Positions 24,429 to 37,300 of a stretch of 64,000 bases of DNA are shown here, piece by piece (position 1 is the stretch's first letter; each line of letters begins with the position of its first letter). This stretch comes from Paramoeba atlantica (Eukaryota > Protista > Discosea): the NCBI GenBank assembly GCA_977017575.1, contig CDRNVI010000030.1:558001-622000 (forward strand), given 5' to 3'. The notes under the pieces are model-generated. The model did no database searches, was not told the DNA's origin, and worked only from the letters and a program-made list of their open reading frames with translations. The position numbers and the translations under genes were made by a program.

Positions 24429-24798
24429 GCGAAATGCCGCCCAGGTTAGTCTTAAACGATCCTTCAATGGCGAAGAAACACCTGAATCTTGAAGATTTCC
24501 CAGAGGAGGCTTGAGACACATCCTACACGATGAAACGGGGTGGACGCCCGTCCTGGTAGCTACGGTTGGGTAGCCGTGCTCGGGCCGCAAGGCGTCGAGT
24601 GCCGTCTGGGAAGGGGGTAGAAAGACAATGAAGGTCGGTGACCTGAGACTCTACCCTAACGGTTGGCGCTGCAGAGCCCTCCGTGTCTTCTTCTTCTTCT
24701 TCTTCTTCTTCTTCTATAGATATCTGGGAAATCTTCAAGATTCAGGTGTTTCTTCGCCATTGAAGGATCGTTTAAGACTAACCTGGGCGGCATTTCGC
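24429..24798. repeat. 76-bp inverted repeat of LINE-B sequence around a 218-bp spacer ending in (TTC)n
   Basis: 24429-24504 is the reverse complement of 24723-24798. The whole structure recurs at ~47270-47635. Confidence 0.88.
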
Positions 24799-27700
24799 AA
24801 GCTGCGGGGTATTTGGGATTCACCTCTTAGCGTATCCACCAAATTGCGGCTGTTTGGCTGCCTTGTTTACCCTATCATGACGTTTGGGGCGGCATCACTT
24901 TCAGTTTCCAACAAACTGCTTCGTCAAACAGAGGTTGATCTTAATATGATGCGAAGGTTCTGTTGCAATTGCGCGAAACTCGATGAGTTTGGACACTGTT
25001 ATACACTTGAATCGCTTTATCGCGGCACACCTCGGTTTTCTACCGTGCATCAGGTTAGTCGTGCAAAAATTGTGGGCCACATTCTGAGGCATTCGACTGC
25101 CTTTCGAGACCTCATACAGTGGAAATCCAGGGAGCAAAGAAGCTCTTGTTTACTCTAAGGATCGCGATCACTGGAGAAAACTGTGTGAGAATTTAAAAGC
25201 CACACTGGAGCCTCCTCCGGACTACGAGAGAATAAGTTCCCCCAGATGGAAAAGTCGCCATACCCAAGCCTTACAACAAGACACGCTTTATGATCCACAA
25301 TTCGTCGAAGAAGGCTCAGACCTCTTTCTCGTCAAAGATTCGGACTTTGCGCGTGACCAACGAAAACAGAGCTGGTGCAGGACTTGTCGTGCGACGAAAA
25401 TGGGTGAATAATCAAAATTTTTCCGAAGAGGAAGAAGACAACGAGCGCTAATACCTCTGAAACCATAAACTCGCTACAAACACGGAAGATTATTCGCCCA
25501 AGAACTAATGTTGCAAAAAATTCTTCTAAACGCAACGAAACACATACTGCAAGTGATCTTGTGCCTAAAAATGGCAGCTCCCGTTCTGTAGAGCCCAGAG
25601 AGGAATCGTCTGCTGAAATTTCCACTTCATCCCTGAGTAATCAAGATATCGGTAAAGAAAACAGTTGTCAGGGTTCAAGAGAATTTGACAAAGTTGGGAA
25701 CATTAAGAAAAAGGAGTCCCCTAAGAGAATGAAGCCGTCACGAGTTTTGAAACAGTAGTAAAGGGGGGGGGCGGATATATATTACGCTTGCAGATATATA
25801 TTACTTTTAAAATATTACTTGAAATTACTTTTTCACCTTTTATATTCAAAAATGGGCCATTTTCGCGGGCATACCACGGCAGAGGCGTTCGGACTTCGCA
25901 CCCCCAACTGCCTGTGAAGGGCCCTCCCTTGAAGGAGGGTGGCAACTTCCCAAAGGAGGTACAACCTCCTGAGGGAGCCAGCGGCAAGCCGGGGCTTCCC
26001 GGCACCCTTCATTCACTCAGAAACACATTTGGCGCCCTGCGATCGTCACCTCCGTTTGTCAGGTAAGAAAATGTTGATTTCACGTGGATCAAAGCATCGA
26101 AACTGCTCTAGAGCACCCAAAGTAGTAAGCGCCCAAAGTAGTAAGCGAGTATTCCCGGTGTCGTCAGGGGCGTTCAATCGCCCACAAGAACGTCTCGCCA
26201 CGCTGCCTTATTGCACTGTCGACCGAAATGTTGGCCTTCTGGGTGATCTACCCATGGGAAATGTTTCGATAGAGTGAATTATTAGTATGCCATGTTCCTA
26301 AAGAAATATGGTGGAACAAGTTAACCCAGGATAAAGTGGACGAGGGAGATACTAAAGGCACATTTTGCAAACTACCACAAAACTGGAACGGTATCCCCCG
26401 GTTTGTTAAGCATTCTGATGTGACCCAAGAATTTAACGTGAGATACTGTTCCAGTTTTGTGGTAGTTTGCCAAATGTGCCTTCAGTATCTCCCTCGTCCA
26501 CTTTATCCTGGGTTGCACAGCCATCGAAACATGCTCCCTAGGACCTCTTACAGATTCCCACGCGAGGAAGTCGTCGTCGCCGCGGCAAAAAGACAGAAGG
26601 CTGTCTTTTTGCCTTGCGCCTCCTCCTTCCTCTAAGGCCTTGCGTGTTACGCACTTCCAGGTAAATTTTGGACTTTGTAGGTGCATTACCATGGCAGACT
26701 GAAGAAATATCGAATGAAATCAAAGCGCATACAGGTGTATCAGGCCCCAAACTCTCAAAAAACGGTCTAGGAGTTGATTTGGGAAAAATATATTTTTTGA
26801 CTTTCACCCATAATTTTTCAGTTTTTCAAAATTTCAAAAATTGCTATGATCACCCTGGTGGGGAGGGGGGGGGGGCAGGGGGTACCCATCGGAATTGTTG
26901 AAAAACTAGTGATCTTGTCACTCAATTCGATTCATACGTCTTTGTAAACATTTCTTTCGAAAACTCACCTGAAACGATACCGGGCACGAAATCGGGCCAC
27001 AAATCGGGCCACAAATCGGGCACGGCGAATTAATCCACGGCAGCAAGGGAGTAGTATCTCCCTCAATAAACTTATTCCTTCACAAAAAAGGATAAAGAGG
27101 CTTGATCCCTATAAAATTACTTGCCACGAGGTAATGCCCCCAGCGACAGCGGCTCTACGCCCTATCGAAGGGCCCTCCCGTCGGGCCCTTCAAAAATAAA
27201 GGACACAGAAGCTTGAGGGCGGTAGGGGCAAATATTTGACGAAAATCTGTTTTTTTTGAACTTGTTCACAATCAATTTTCAAACGTTTTTAGGTCATTTT
27301 CGTATTCATACGGCCATTTCCAATCCAATCCAAATCCAATCCAGAATACCGACAAAGTCGGCTAAAACACTTAGCACTTTCACACTAAACATTTCCATCT
27401 CTATCATCAGCACTAGAGCTCATCAACACTAGAGCACACAAACCGCATAAAGTAATGGAATATAAAACTTCCTCAAGGCATATTCTAGCACACGTACGGA
27501 GATACACAACAAGCACTCACACTTACTTTGGTGTCCACCTTCCACCGCCAGTTCTCGTAACTTTCTGGCGAATAACAACTTTTTCCTCTGCCTCACGTTT
27601 AGACGCGGATGAGGCTTTCACTGCACGCTGACTTTTTGCGTTTCGTTTTGCAAACTGCTGAGCAGTGGTTTGCGAATTTGAGGACTTTCTTCTCTTTACG

Positions 27701-28344
27701 TCAGGTTCGCTTACTTTCTTTCTAGATGCAGACAATGCGAGCTAGTCTGCTGCCTCGTTCCAAGGATTTCCCGAGTGAGATTTAACTTTCACATATTTGT
27801 ACCCCTTGACCCTTCAACGCGCGTAATTTATGGTCCATTTGATCCATCAAGTCTCCATTTGCAATTCCGTTGTAGCCTACAACGCGAAAACGTGATCTTA
27901 AACTGTGAAAATATTGTCAAACGTAACAAGAATCAGTATGAAAAACGCAAGAAAGTGATACTTCTGGAAATTTCGAAATAGCCTCACGAAATGCTAATAA
28001 TTCGGCCCTCTCACTTGTTCCCACCTCCAACGGAATAGAATAGTAATCAGGGTCACCCCTGATTTTCAAGAAAACAACACCAGCACCGCTACGCACCGTT
28101 AGTGTTCCGCGCAAAACTCTCACTGAACCACCCGGAATGTATCAACATCCGAAATGTATAGATTTAAGCTTGGGGAATGGCACACTAGATTCTTCAATAA
28201 ATTGTAGCTCTTTATAAATCTTGTTCTTGATAGCTGTGGCTTTCAATGCTTTCCATTTTTTTGTAGTAGCACGCTCGTAGTCAACCGCTGGCTCAAGTGA
28301 AAGTTTTAGCTTTTCGGTGAGACGAAACCGATGCCATAAACCAA
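24718..28344. repeat. Segmental unit copy 2, left part (LINE-B fragment, foldback, LINE-C 3' end)
   Basis: Near-identical to 18962-22577 at offset ~5767, with small indels. Confidence 0.9.
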
Positions 28345-31300
28345 TGCCTCTTCTAAAGTTATACCCAAGTCTGAAATACATGCTTCGCTTGGAGAAGGAC
28401 GTCTCGAATTAGATTTATTTCTCCATTGCACCAGGTCTCGATAGTTCGGAGAATGTCTCAGCATGTGTCCGGCAAGTTTGGCTCTCTGAACTTTGTGAAT
28501 AGTGGAAAATCGTGATGTATTTACTTAGAGAGAGTCTGTAGGATAAGTTTTTAAGACCATCGTTTTTTGTAAGACCATCGTTTTTTGTAAGACCATCGTT
28601 TTTTGTAAGACCATCGTTTTTTGTAAGACCATCGTTTTTTGTAAGACCATCGTTTTTTGTAAGACCATCGTTTTTTGTAAGACCATCGTTTTTTGTAAGA
28701 CCATCGTTTTTTGTAAGACCATCGTTTTTTGTAAGACCATCGTTTTTTGTAAGACCATCGTTTTTTGTAAGACCATCGTTTTTTGTAAGACCATAGTTTT
28801 TTGTAAGACCATCGTTTTTGCTGCCTCTTCTAAAGTTATACCCAAGTCTGAAATACATGCTTCGCTTGGAGAAGGACGTCTCGAATTAGATTTATTTCTC
28901 CATTGCACCAGGTCTCGATAGTTCGGAGAATGTCTCAGCATGTGTCCGGCAAGTTTGGCTCTCTGAACTTTGTGAATAGTGGAAAATCGTGATGTATTTA
29001 CTTAGAGAGAGTCTGTAGGATAAGTTTTTAAGACCATCGTTTTTTGTAAGACCATCGTTTTTTGTAAGACCATCGCTTTTTGTAAGACCATCGTTTTTTG
29101 TAAGACCATCGTTTTTTGTAAGACCATTGTTTTTTGTAAGACCATCGTTTTTTGTAAGACCATCGTTTTTTGTAAGACCATCGTTTTTTGTAAGACCATC
29201 GTTTTTTGTAAGACCATCGTTTTTTGTAAGACCATCGTTTTTTGTAAGACCATCGTTTTTTGTAAGACCATCGTTTTTTGTAAGACCATCGTTCTTTGTA
29301 AGACCATCGTTTTTTGTAAGACCATCGTTTTTTGTAAGACCATCGTTTTTTGTAAGACCATCGTTTTTTGTAAGACCATCGTTTTTTGTAAGACCATCGT
29401 TTTTTGTAAGACCATCGTTTTTTGTAAGACCATCGTTTTTTGTAAGACCATCGTTTTTTGTAAGACCATCGTTTTTTGTAAGACCATCGTTTTTTGTAAG
29501 ACCATCGTTTTTTGTAAGACCATCGTTTTTTGTAAGACCATCGTTTTTTGTAAGACCATCGTTTTTTGTAAGACCATCGTTTTTGCTGCCTCTTCTAAAG
29601 TTATACCCAAGTCTGAAATACATGCTTCGCTTGGAGAAGGACGTCTCGAATTAGATTTATTTCTCCATTGCACCAGGTCTCGATAGTTCGGAGAATGTCT
29701 CAGCATGTGTCCGGCAAGTTTGGCTCTCTGAACTTTGTGAATAGCGGAAAATCGTGATGTATTTACTTAGAGAGAGTCTGTAGGATAAGTTTTTAAGACC
29801 ATCGTTTTTTGTAAGACCATCGTTTTTTGTAAGACCATCGTTTTTTGTAAGACCATCGTTTTTTGTAAGACCATCGTTTTTTGTAAGACCATCGTTTTTT
29901 GTAAGACCATCGTGTTTGCTGCCTCTTCTAAAGTTATACCCAAGTCTGAAATACATGCTTCGCTTGGAGAAGGACGTCTCGAATTAGATTTATTTCTCCA
30001 TTGCACCAGGTCTCGATAGTTCGGAGAATGTCTCAGCATGTGTCCGGCAAGTTTGGCTCTCTGAACTTTGTGAATAGTGGAAAATCGTGATGTATTTACT
30101 TAGAGAGAGTCTGTAGGATAAGTTTTTAAGACCATCGTTTTTTGTAAGACCATCGTTTTTTGTAAGACCATCGTTTTTTGTAAGACCATCGTTTTTTGTA
30201 AGACCATCGTTTTTTGTAAGACCATCGTTTTTTGTAAGACCATCGTTTTTTGTAAGACCATCGTTTTTTGTAAGACCATTGTTTTTTGTAAGACCATCGT
30301 TTTTTGTAAGACCATCGTTTTTTGTAAGACCATCGTTTTTTGTAAGACCATTGTTTTTTGTAAGACCATCGTTTTTTGTAAGACCATCGTTTTTTGTAAG
30401 ACCATCGTTTTTTGTAAGACCATCGTTTTTTGTAAGACCATCGTTTTTTGTAAGACCATCGTTTTTTGTAAGACCATCGTTTTTTGTAAGACCATCGTTT
30501 TTTGTAAGACCATCGTTTTTTGTAAGACCATCGTTTTTTGTAAGACCATCGTTTTTTGTAAGACCATCGTTTTTTGTAAGACCATCGTTTTTTGTAAGAC
30601 CATCGTTTTTTGTAAGACCATCGTTTTTTGTAAGACCATCGTTTTTTGTAAGACCATCGTTTTTTGTAAGACCATCGTTTTTTGTAAGACCATCGTTTTT
30701 TGTAAGACCATCGTTTTTTGTAAGACCATCGTTTTTGCTGCCTCTTCTAAAGTTATACCCAAGTCTGAAATACATGCTTCGCTTGGAGAAGGACGTCTCG
30801 AATTAGATTTATTTCTCCATTGCACCAGGTCTCGATAGTTCGGAGAATGTCTCAGCATGTGTCCGGCAAGTTTGGCTCTCTGAACTTTGTGAATAGCGGA
30901 AAATCGTGATGTATTTACTTAGAGAGAGTCTGTAGGATAAGTTTTTAAGACCATCGTTTTTTGTAAGACCATCGTTTTTTGTAAGACCATCGTTTTTTGT
31001 AAGACCATCGTTTTTTGTAAGACCATCGTTTTTTGTAAGACCATCGTTTTTTGTAAGACCATCGTTTTTTGTAAGACCATCGTTTTTGCTGCCTCTTCTA
31101 AAGTTATACCCAAGTCTGAAATACATGCTTCGCTTGGAGAAGGACGTCTCGAATTAGATTTATTTCTCCATTGCACCAGGTCTCGATAGTTCGGAGAATG
31201 TCTCAGCATGTGTCCGGCAAGTTTGGCTCTCTGAACTTTGTGAATAGTGGAAAATCGTGATGTATTTACTTAGAGAGAGTCTGTAGGATAAGTTTTTAAG

Positions 31301-34300
31301 ACCATCGTTTTTTGTAAGACCATCGTTTTTTGTAAGACCATCGTTTTTTGTAAGACCATCGTTTTTTGTAAGACCATCGTTTTTTGTAAGACCATCGTTT
31401 TTTGTAAGACCATCGTTTTTTGTAAGACCATCGTTTTTTGTAAGACCATCGTTTTTTGTAAGACCATCGTTTTTTGTAAGACCATCGTTTTTTGTAAGAC
31501 CATCGTTTTTTGTAAGACCATCGTTTTTTGTAAGACCATCGTTTTTTGTAAGACCATCGTTTTTTGTAAGACCATCGTTTTTTGTAAGACCATCGTTTTT
31601 TGTAAGACCATCGTTTTTTGTAAGACCATCGTTTTTTGTAAGACCATCGTTTTTTGTAAGACCATCGTTTTTTGTAAGACCATCGTTTTTTGTAAGACCA
31701 TCGTTTTTTGTAAGACCATCGTTTTTTGTAAGACCATCGTTTTTGCTGCCTCTTCTAAAGTTATACCCAAGTCTGAAATACATGCTTCGCTTGGAGAAGG
31801 ACGTCTCGAATTAGATTTATTTCTCCATTGCACCAGGTCTCGATAGTTCGGAGAATGTCTCAGCATGTGTCCGGCAAGTTTGGCTCTCTGAACTTTGTGA
31901 ATAGCGGAAAATCGTGATGTATTTACTTAGAGAGAGTCTGTAGGATAAGTTTTTAAGACCATCGTTTTTTGTAAGACCATCGTTTTTTGTAAGACCATCG
32001 TTTTTTGTAAGACCATCGTTTTTTGTAAGACCATCGTTTTTTGTAAGACCATCGTTTTTTGTAAGACCATCGTTTTTTGTAAGACCATCGTTTTTTGTAA
32101 GACCATCGTTTTTGCTGCCTCTTCTAAAGTTATACCCAAGTCTGAAATACATGCTTCGCTTGGAGAAGGACGTCTCGAATTAGATTTATTTCTCCATTGC
32201 ACCAGGTCTCGATAGTTCGGAGAATGTCTCAGCATGTGTCCGGCAAGTTTGGCTCTCTGAACTTTGTGAATAGTGGAAAATCGTGATGTATTTACTTAGA
32301 GAGAGTCTGTAGGATAAGTTTTTAAGACCATCGTTTTTTGTAAGACCATCGTTTTTTGTAAGACCATCGTTTTTTGTAAGACCATCGTTTTTTGTAAGAC
32401 CATCGTTTTTTGTAAGACCATCGTTTTTTGTAAGACCATCGTTTTTTGTAAGACCATCGTTTTTTGTAAGACCATCGTTTTTTGTAAGACCATCGTTTTT
32501 TGTAAGACCATCGTTTTTTGTAAGACCATCGTTTTTTGTAAGACCATCGTTTTTTGTAAGACCATCGTTTTTTGTAAGACCATCGTTTTTTGTAAGACCA
32601 TCGTTTTTTGTAAGACCATCGTTTTTTGTAAGACCATCGTTTTTTGTAAGACCATCGTTTTTTGTAAGACCATCGTTTTTTGTAAGACCATCGTTTTTTG
32701 TAAGACCATCGTTTTTTGTAAGACCATCGTTTTTTGTAAGACCATCGTTTTTTGTAAGACCATCGTTTTTTGTAAGACCATCGTTTTTTGTAAGACCATC
32801 GTTTTTTGTAAGACCATCGTTTTTGCTGCCTCTTCTAAAGTTATACCCAAGTCTGAAATACATGCTTCGCTTGGAGAAGGACGTCTCGAATTAGATTTAT
32901 TTCTCCATTGCACCAGGTCTCGATAGTTCGGAGAATGTCTCAGCATGTGTCCGGCAAGTTTGGCTCTCTGAACTTTGTGAATAGCGGAAAATCGTGATGT
33001 ATTTACTTAGAGAGAGTCTGTAGGATAAGTTTTTAAGACCATCGTTTTTTGTAAGACCATCGTTTTTTGTAAGACCATCGTTTTTTGTAAGACCATCGTT
33101 TTTTGTAAGACCATCGTTTTTTGTAAGACCATCGTTTTTTGTAAGACCATTGTTTTTTGTAAGACCATCGTTTTTTGTAAGACCATCGTTTTTTGTAAGA
33201 CCATCGTTTTTTGTAAGACCATCGTTTTTTGTAAGACCATCGTTTTTTGTAAGACCATCGTTTTTTGTAAGACCATCGTTTTTTGTAAGACCATCGTTTT
33301 TTGTAAGACCATCGTTTTTTGTAAGACCATCGTTTTTTGTAAGACCATCGTTTTTTGTAAGACCATCGTTTTTTGTAAGACCATCGTTTTTTGTAAGACC
33401 ATCGTTTTTTGTAAGACCATCGTTTTTTGTAAGACCATCGTTTTTTGTAAGACCATCGTTTTTTGTAAGACCATCGTTTTTTGTAAGACCATCGTTTTTT
33501 GTAAGACCATCGTTTTTTGTAAGACCATCGTTTTTTGTAAGACCATCGTTTTTTGTAAGACCATCGTTTTTTGTAAGACCATCGTTTTTTGTAAGACCAT
33601 CGTTTTTTGTAAGACCATCGTTTTTTGTAAGACCATCGTTTTTTGTAAGACCATCGTTTTTTGTAAGACCATCGTTTTTTGTAAGACCATCGTTTTTTGT
33701 AAGACCATCGTTTTTTGTAAGACCATCGTTTTTTGTAAGACCATCGTTTTTTGTAAGACCATCGTTTTTTGTAAGACCATCGTTTTTTGTAAGACCATCG
33801 TTTTTTGTAAGACCATCGTTTTTTGTAAGACCATCGTTTCTTGTAAGACCATCGTTTTTTGTAAGACCATCGTTTTTTGTAAGACCATCGTTTTTTGTAA
33901 GACCATCGTTTTTGCTGCCTCTTCTAAAGTTATACCCAAGTCTGAAATACATGCTTCGCTTGGAGAAGGACGTCTCGAATTAGATTTATTTCTCCATTGC
34001 ACCAGGTCTCGATAGTTCGGAGAATGTCTCAGCATGTGTCCGGCAAGTTTGGCTCTCTGAACTTTGTGAATAGCGGAAAATCGTGATGTATTTACTTAGA
34101 GAGAGTCTGTAGGATAAGTTTTTAAGACCATCGTTTTTTGTAAGACCATCGTTTTTTGTAAGACCATCGTTTTTTGTAAGACCATCGTTTTTTGTAAGAC
34201 CATCGTTTTTTGTAAGACCATCGTTTTTTGTAAGACCATCGTTTTTTGTAAGACCATCGTTTTTTGTAAGACCATCGTTTTTTGTAAGACCATCGTTTTT

Positions 34301-37300
34301 GCTGCCTCTTCTAAAGTTATACCCAAGTCTGAAATACATGCTTCGCTTGGAGAAGGACGTCTCGAATTAGATTTATTTCTCCATTGCACCAGGTCTCGAT
34401 AGTTCGGAGAATGTCTCAGCATGTGTCCGGCAAGTTTGGCTCTCTGAACTTTGTGAATAGTGGAAAATCGTGATGTATTTACTTAGAGAGAGTCTGTAGG
34501 ATAAGTTTTTAAGACCATCGTTTTTTGTAAGACCATCGTTTTTTGTAAGACCATCGTTTTTTGTAAGACCATCGTTTTTTGTAAGACCATCGTTTTTTGT
34601 AAGACCATCGTTTTTTGTAAGACCATCGTTTCTTGTAAGACCATCGTTTTTTGTAAGACCATCGTTTTTTGTAAGACCATCGTTTTTTGTAAGACCATCG
34701 TTTTTTGTAAGACCATCGTTTTTTGTAAGACCATCGTTTTTTGTAAGACCATCGTTTTTTGTAAGACCATCGTTTTTTGTAAGACCATCGTTTTTTGTAA
34801 GACCATCGTTTTTTGTAAGACCATCGTTTTTTGTAAGACCATCGTTTTTTGTAAGACCATCGTTTTTTGTAAGACCATCGTTTTTTGTAAGACCATCGTT
34901 TTTTGTAAGACCATCGTTTTTTGTAAGACCATCGTTTTTTGTAAGACCATCGTTTTTTGTAAGACCATCGTTTTTTGTAAGACCATCGTTTTTTGTAAGA
35001 CCATCGTTTTTTGTAAGACCATCGTTTTTTGTAAGACCATCGTTTTTTGTAAGACCATCGTTTTTTGTAAGACCATCGTTTTTTGTAAGACCATCGTTTT
35101 TTGTAAGACCATCGTTTTTTGTAAGACCATCGTTTTTTGTAAGACCATCGTTTTTTGTAAGACCATCGTTTTTTGTAAGACCATCGTTTTTGCTGCCTCT
35201 TCTAAAGTTATACCCAAGTCTGAAATACATGCTTCGCTTGGAGAAGGACGTCTCGAATTAGATTTATTTCTCCATTGCACCAGGTCTCGATAGTTCGGAG
35301 AATGTCTCAGCATGTGTCCGGCAAGTTTGGCTCTCTGAACTTTGTGAATAGCGGAAAATCGTGATGTATTTACTTAGAGAGAGTCTGTAGGATAAGTTTT
35401 TAAGACCATCGTTTTTTGTAAGACCATCGTTTTTTGTAAGACCATCGTTTTTTGTAAGACCATCGTTTTTTGTAAGACCATCGTTTTTTGTAAGACCATC
35501 GTTTTTTGTAAGACCATCGTTTTTTGTAAGACCATCGTTTTTTGTAAGACCATTGTTTTTTGTAAGACGATCGTTTTTTGTAAGACCATCGTTTTTTGTA
35601 AGACCATCGTTTTTTGTAAGACCATCGTTTTTTGTAAGACCATCGTTTTTTGTAAGACCATCGTTTTTTGTAAGACCATCGTTTTTTGTAAGACCATCGT
35701 TTTTTGTAAGACCATCGTTTTTTGTAAGACCATCGTTTTTTGTAAGACCATCGTTTTTTGTAAGACCATCGTTTTTTGTAAGACCATCGTTTTTTGTAAG
35801 ACCATCGTTTTTTGTAAGACCATCGTTTTTTGTAAGACCATCGTTTTTTGTAAGACCATCGTTTTTTGTAAGACCATCGTTTTTTGTAAGACCATCGTTT
35901 TTTGTAAGACCATCGTTTTTTGTAAGACCATCGTTTTTGCTGCCTCTTCTAAAGTTATACCCAAGTCTGAAATACATGCTTCGCTTGGAGAAGGACGTCT
36001 CGAATTAGATTTATTTCTCCATTGCACCAGGTCTCGATAGTTCGGAGAATGTCTCAGCATGTGTCCGGCAAGTTTGGCTCTCTGAACTTTGTGAATAGTG
36101 GAAAATCGTGATGTATTTACTTAGAGAGAGTCTGTAGGATAAGTTTTTAAGACCATCGTTTTTTGTAAGACCATCGTTTTTTGTAAGACCATCGTTTTTT
36201 GTAAGACCATCGTTTTTTGTAAGACCATCGTTTTTTGTAAGACCATCGTTTTTTGTAAGACCATCGTTTTTTGTAAGACCATCGTTTTTTGTAAGACCAT
36301 CGTTTTTTGTAAGACCATCGTTTTTTGTAAGACCATCGTTTTTTGTAAGACCATCGTTTTTTGTAAGACCATCGTTTTTTGTAAGACCATCGTTTTTTGT
36401 AAGACCATCGTTTTTTGTAAGACCATCGTTTTTTGTAAGACCATCGTTTTTGCTGCCTCTTCTAAAGTTATCCCCAAGTCTGAAATACATGCTTCGCTTG
36501 GAGAAGGACGTCTCGAATTAGATTTATTTCTCCATTGCACCAGGTCTCGATAGTTCGGAGAATGTCTCAGCATGTGTCCGGCAAGTTTGGCTCTCTGAAC
36601 TTTGTGAATAGCGGAAAATCGTGATGTATTTACTTAGAGAGAGTCTGTAGGATAAGTTTTTAAGACCATCGTTTTTTGTAAGACCATCGTTTTTTGTAAG
36701 ACCATCGTTTTTTGTAAGACCATCGTTTTTTGTAAGACCATCGTTTTTTGTAAGACCATCGTTTTTTGTAAGACCATCGTTTTTTGTAAGACCATCGTTT
36801 TTTGTAAGACCATCGTTTTTTGTAAGACCATCGTTTTTGCTGCCTCTTCTAAAGTTATACCCAAGTCTGAAATACATGCTTCGCTTGGAGAAGGACGTCT
36901 CGAATTAGATTTATTTCTCCATTGCACCAGGTCTCGATAGTTCGGAGAATGTCTCAGCATGTGTCCGGCAAGTTTGGCTCTCTGAACTTTGTGAATAGTG
37001 GAAAATCGTGATGTATTTACTTAGAGAGAGTCTGTAGGATAAGTTTTTAAGACCATCGTTTTTTGTAAGACCATCGTTTTTTGTAAGACCATCGTTTTTT
37101 GTAAGACCATCGTTTTTTGTAAGACCATCGTTTTTTGTAAGACCATCGTTTTTTGTAAGACCATCGTTTTTTGTAAGACCATCGTTTTTTGTAAGACCAT
37201 CGTTTTTTGTAAGACCATCGTTTTTTGTAAGACCGTCGTTTTTTGTAAGACCATCGTTTTTTGTAAGACCATCGTTTTTTGTAAGACCATCGTTTTTTGT

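Larger units (their letters stand above)
18962..24717. repeat. ~5.77 kb segmental tandem unit, copy 1 (LINE-B 3' part, foldback, DNA-element end, LINE-C + SINE)
   Basis: The ORF track repeats at offset 5767 (19954/25721, 20569/26336, 21756/27523). Copy 2 is expanded by the array and LINE-A3; copy 3 spans ~47555-52210. Confidence 0.9.
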
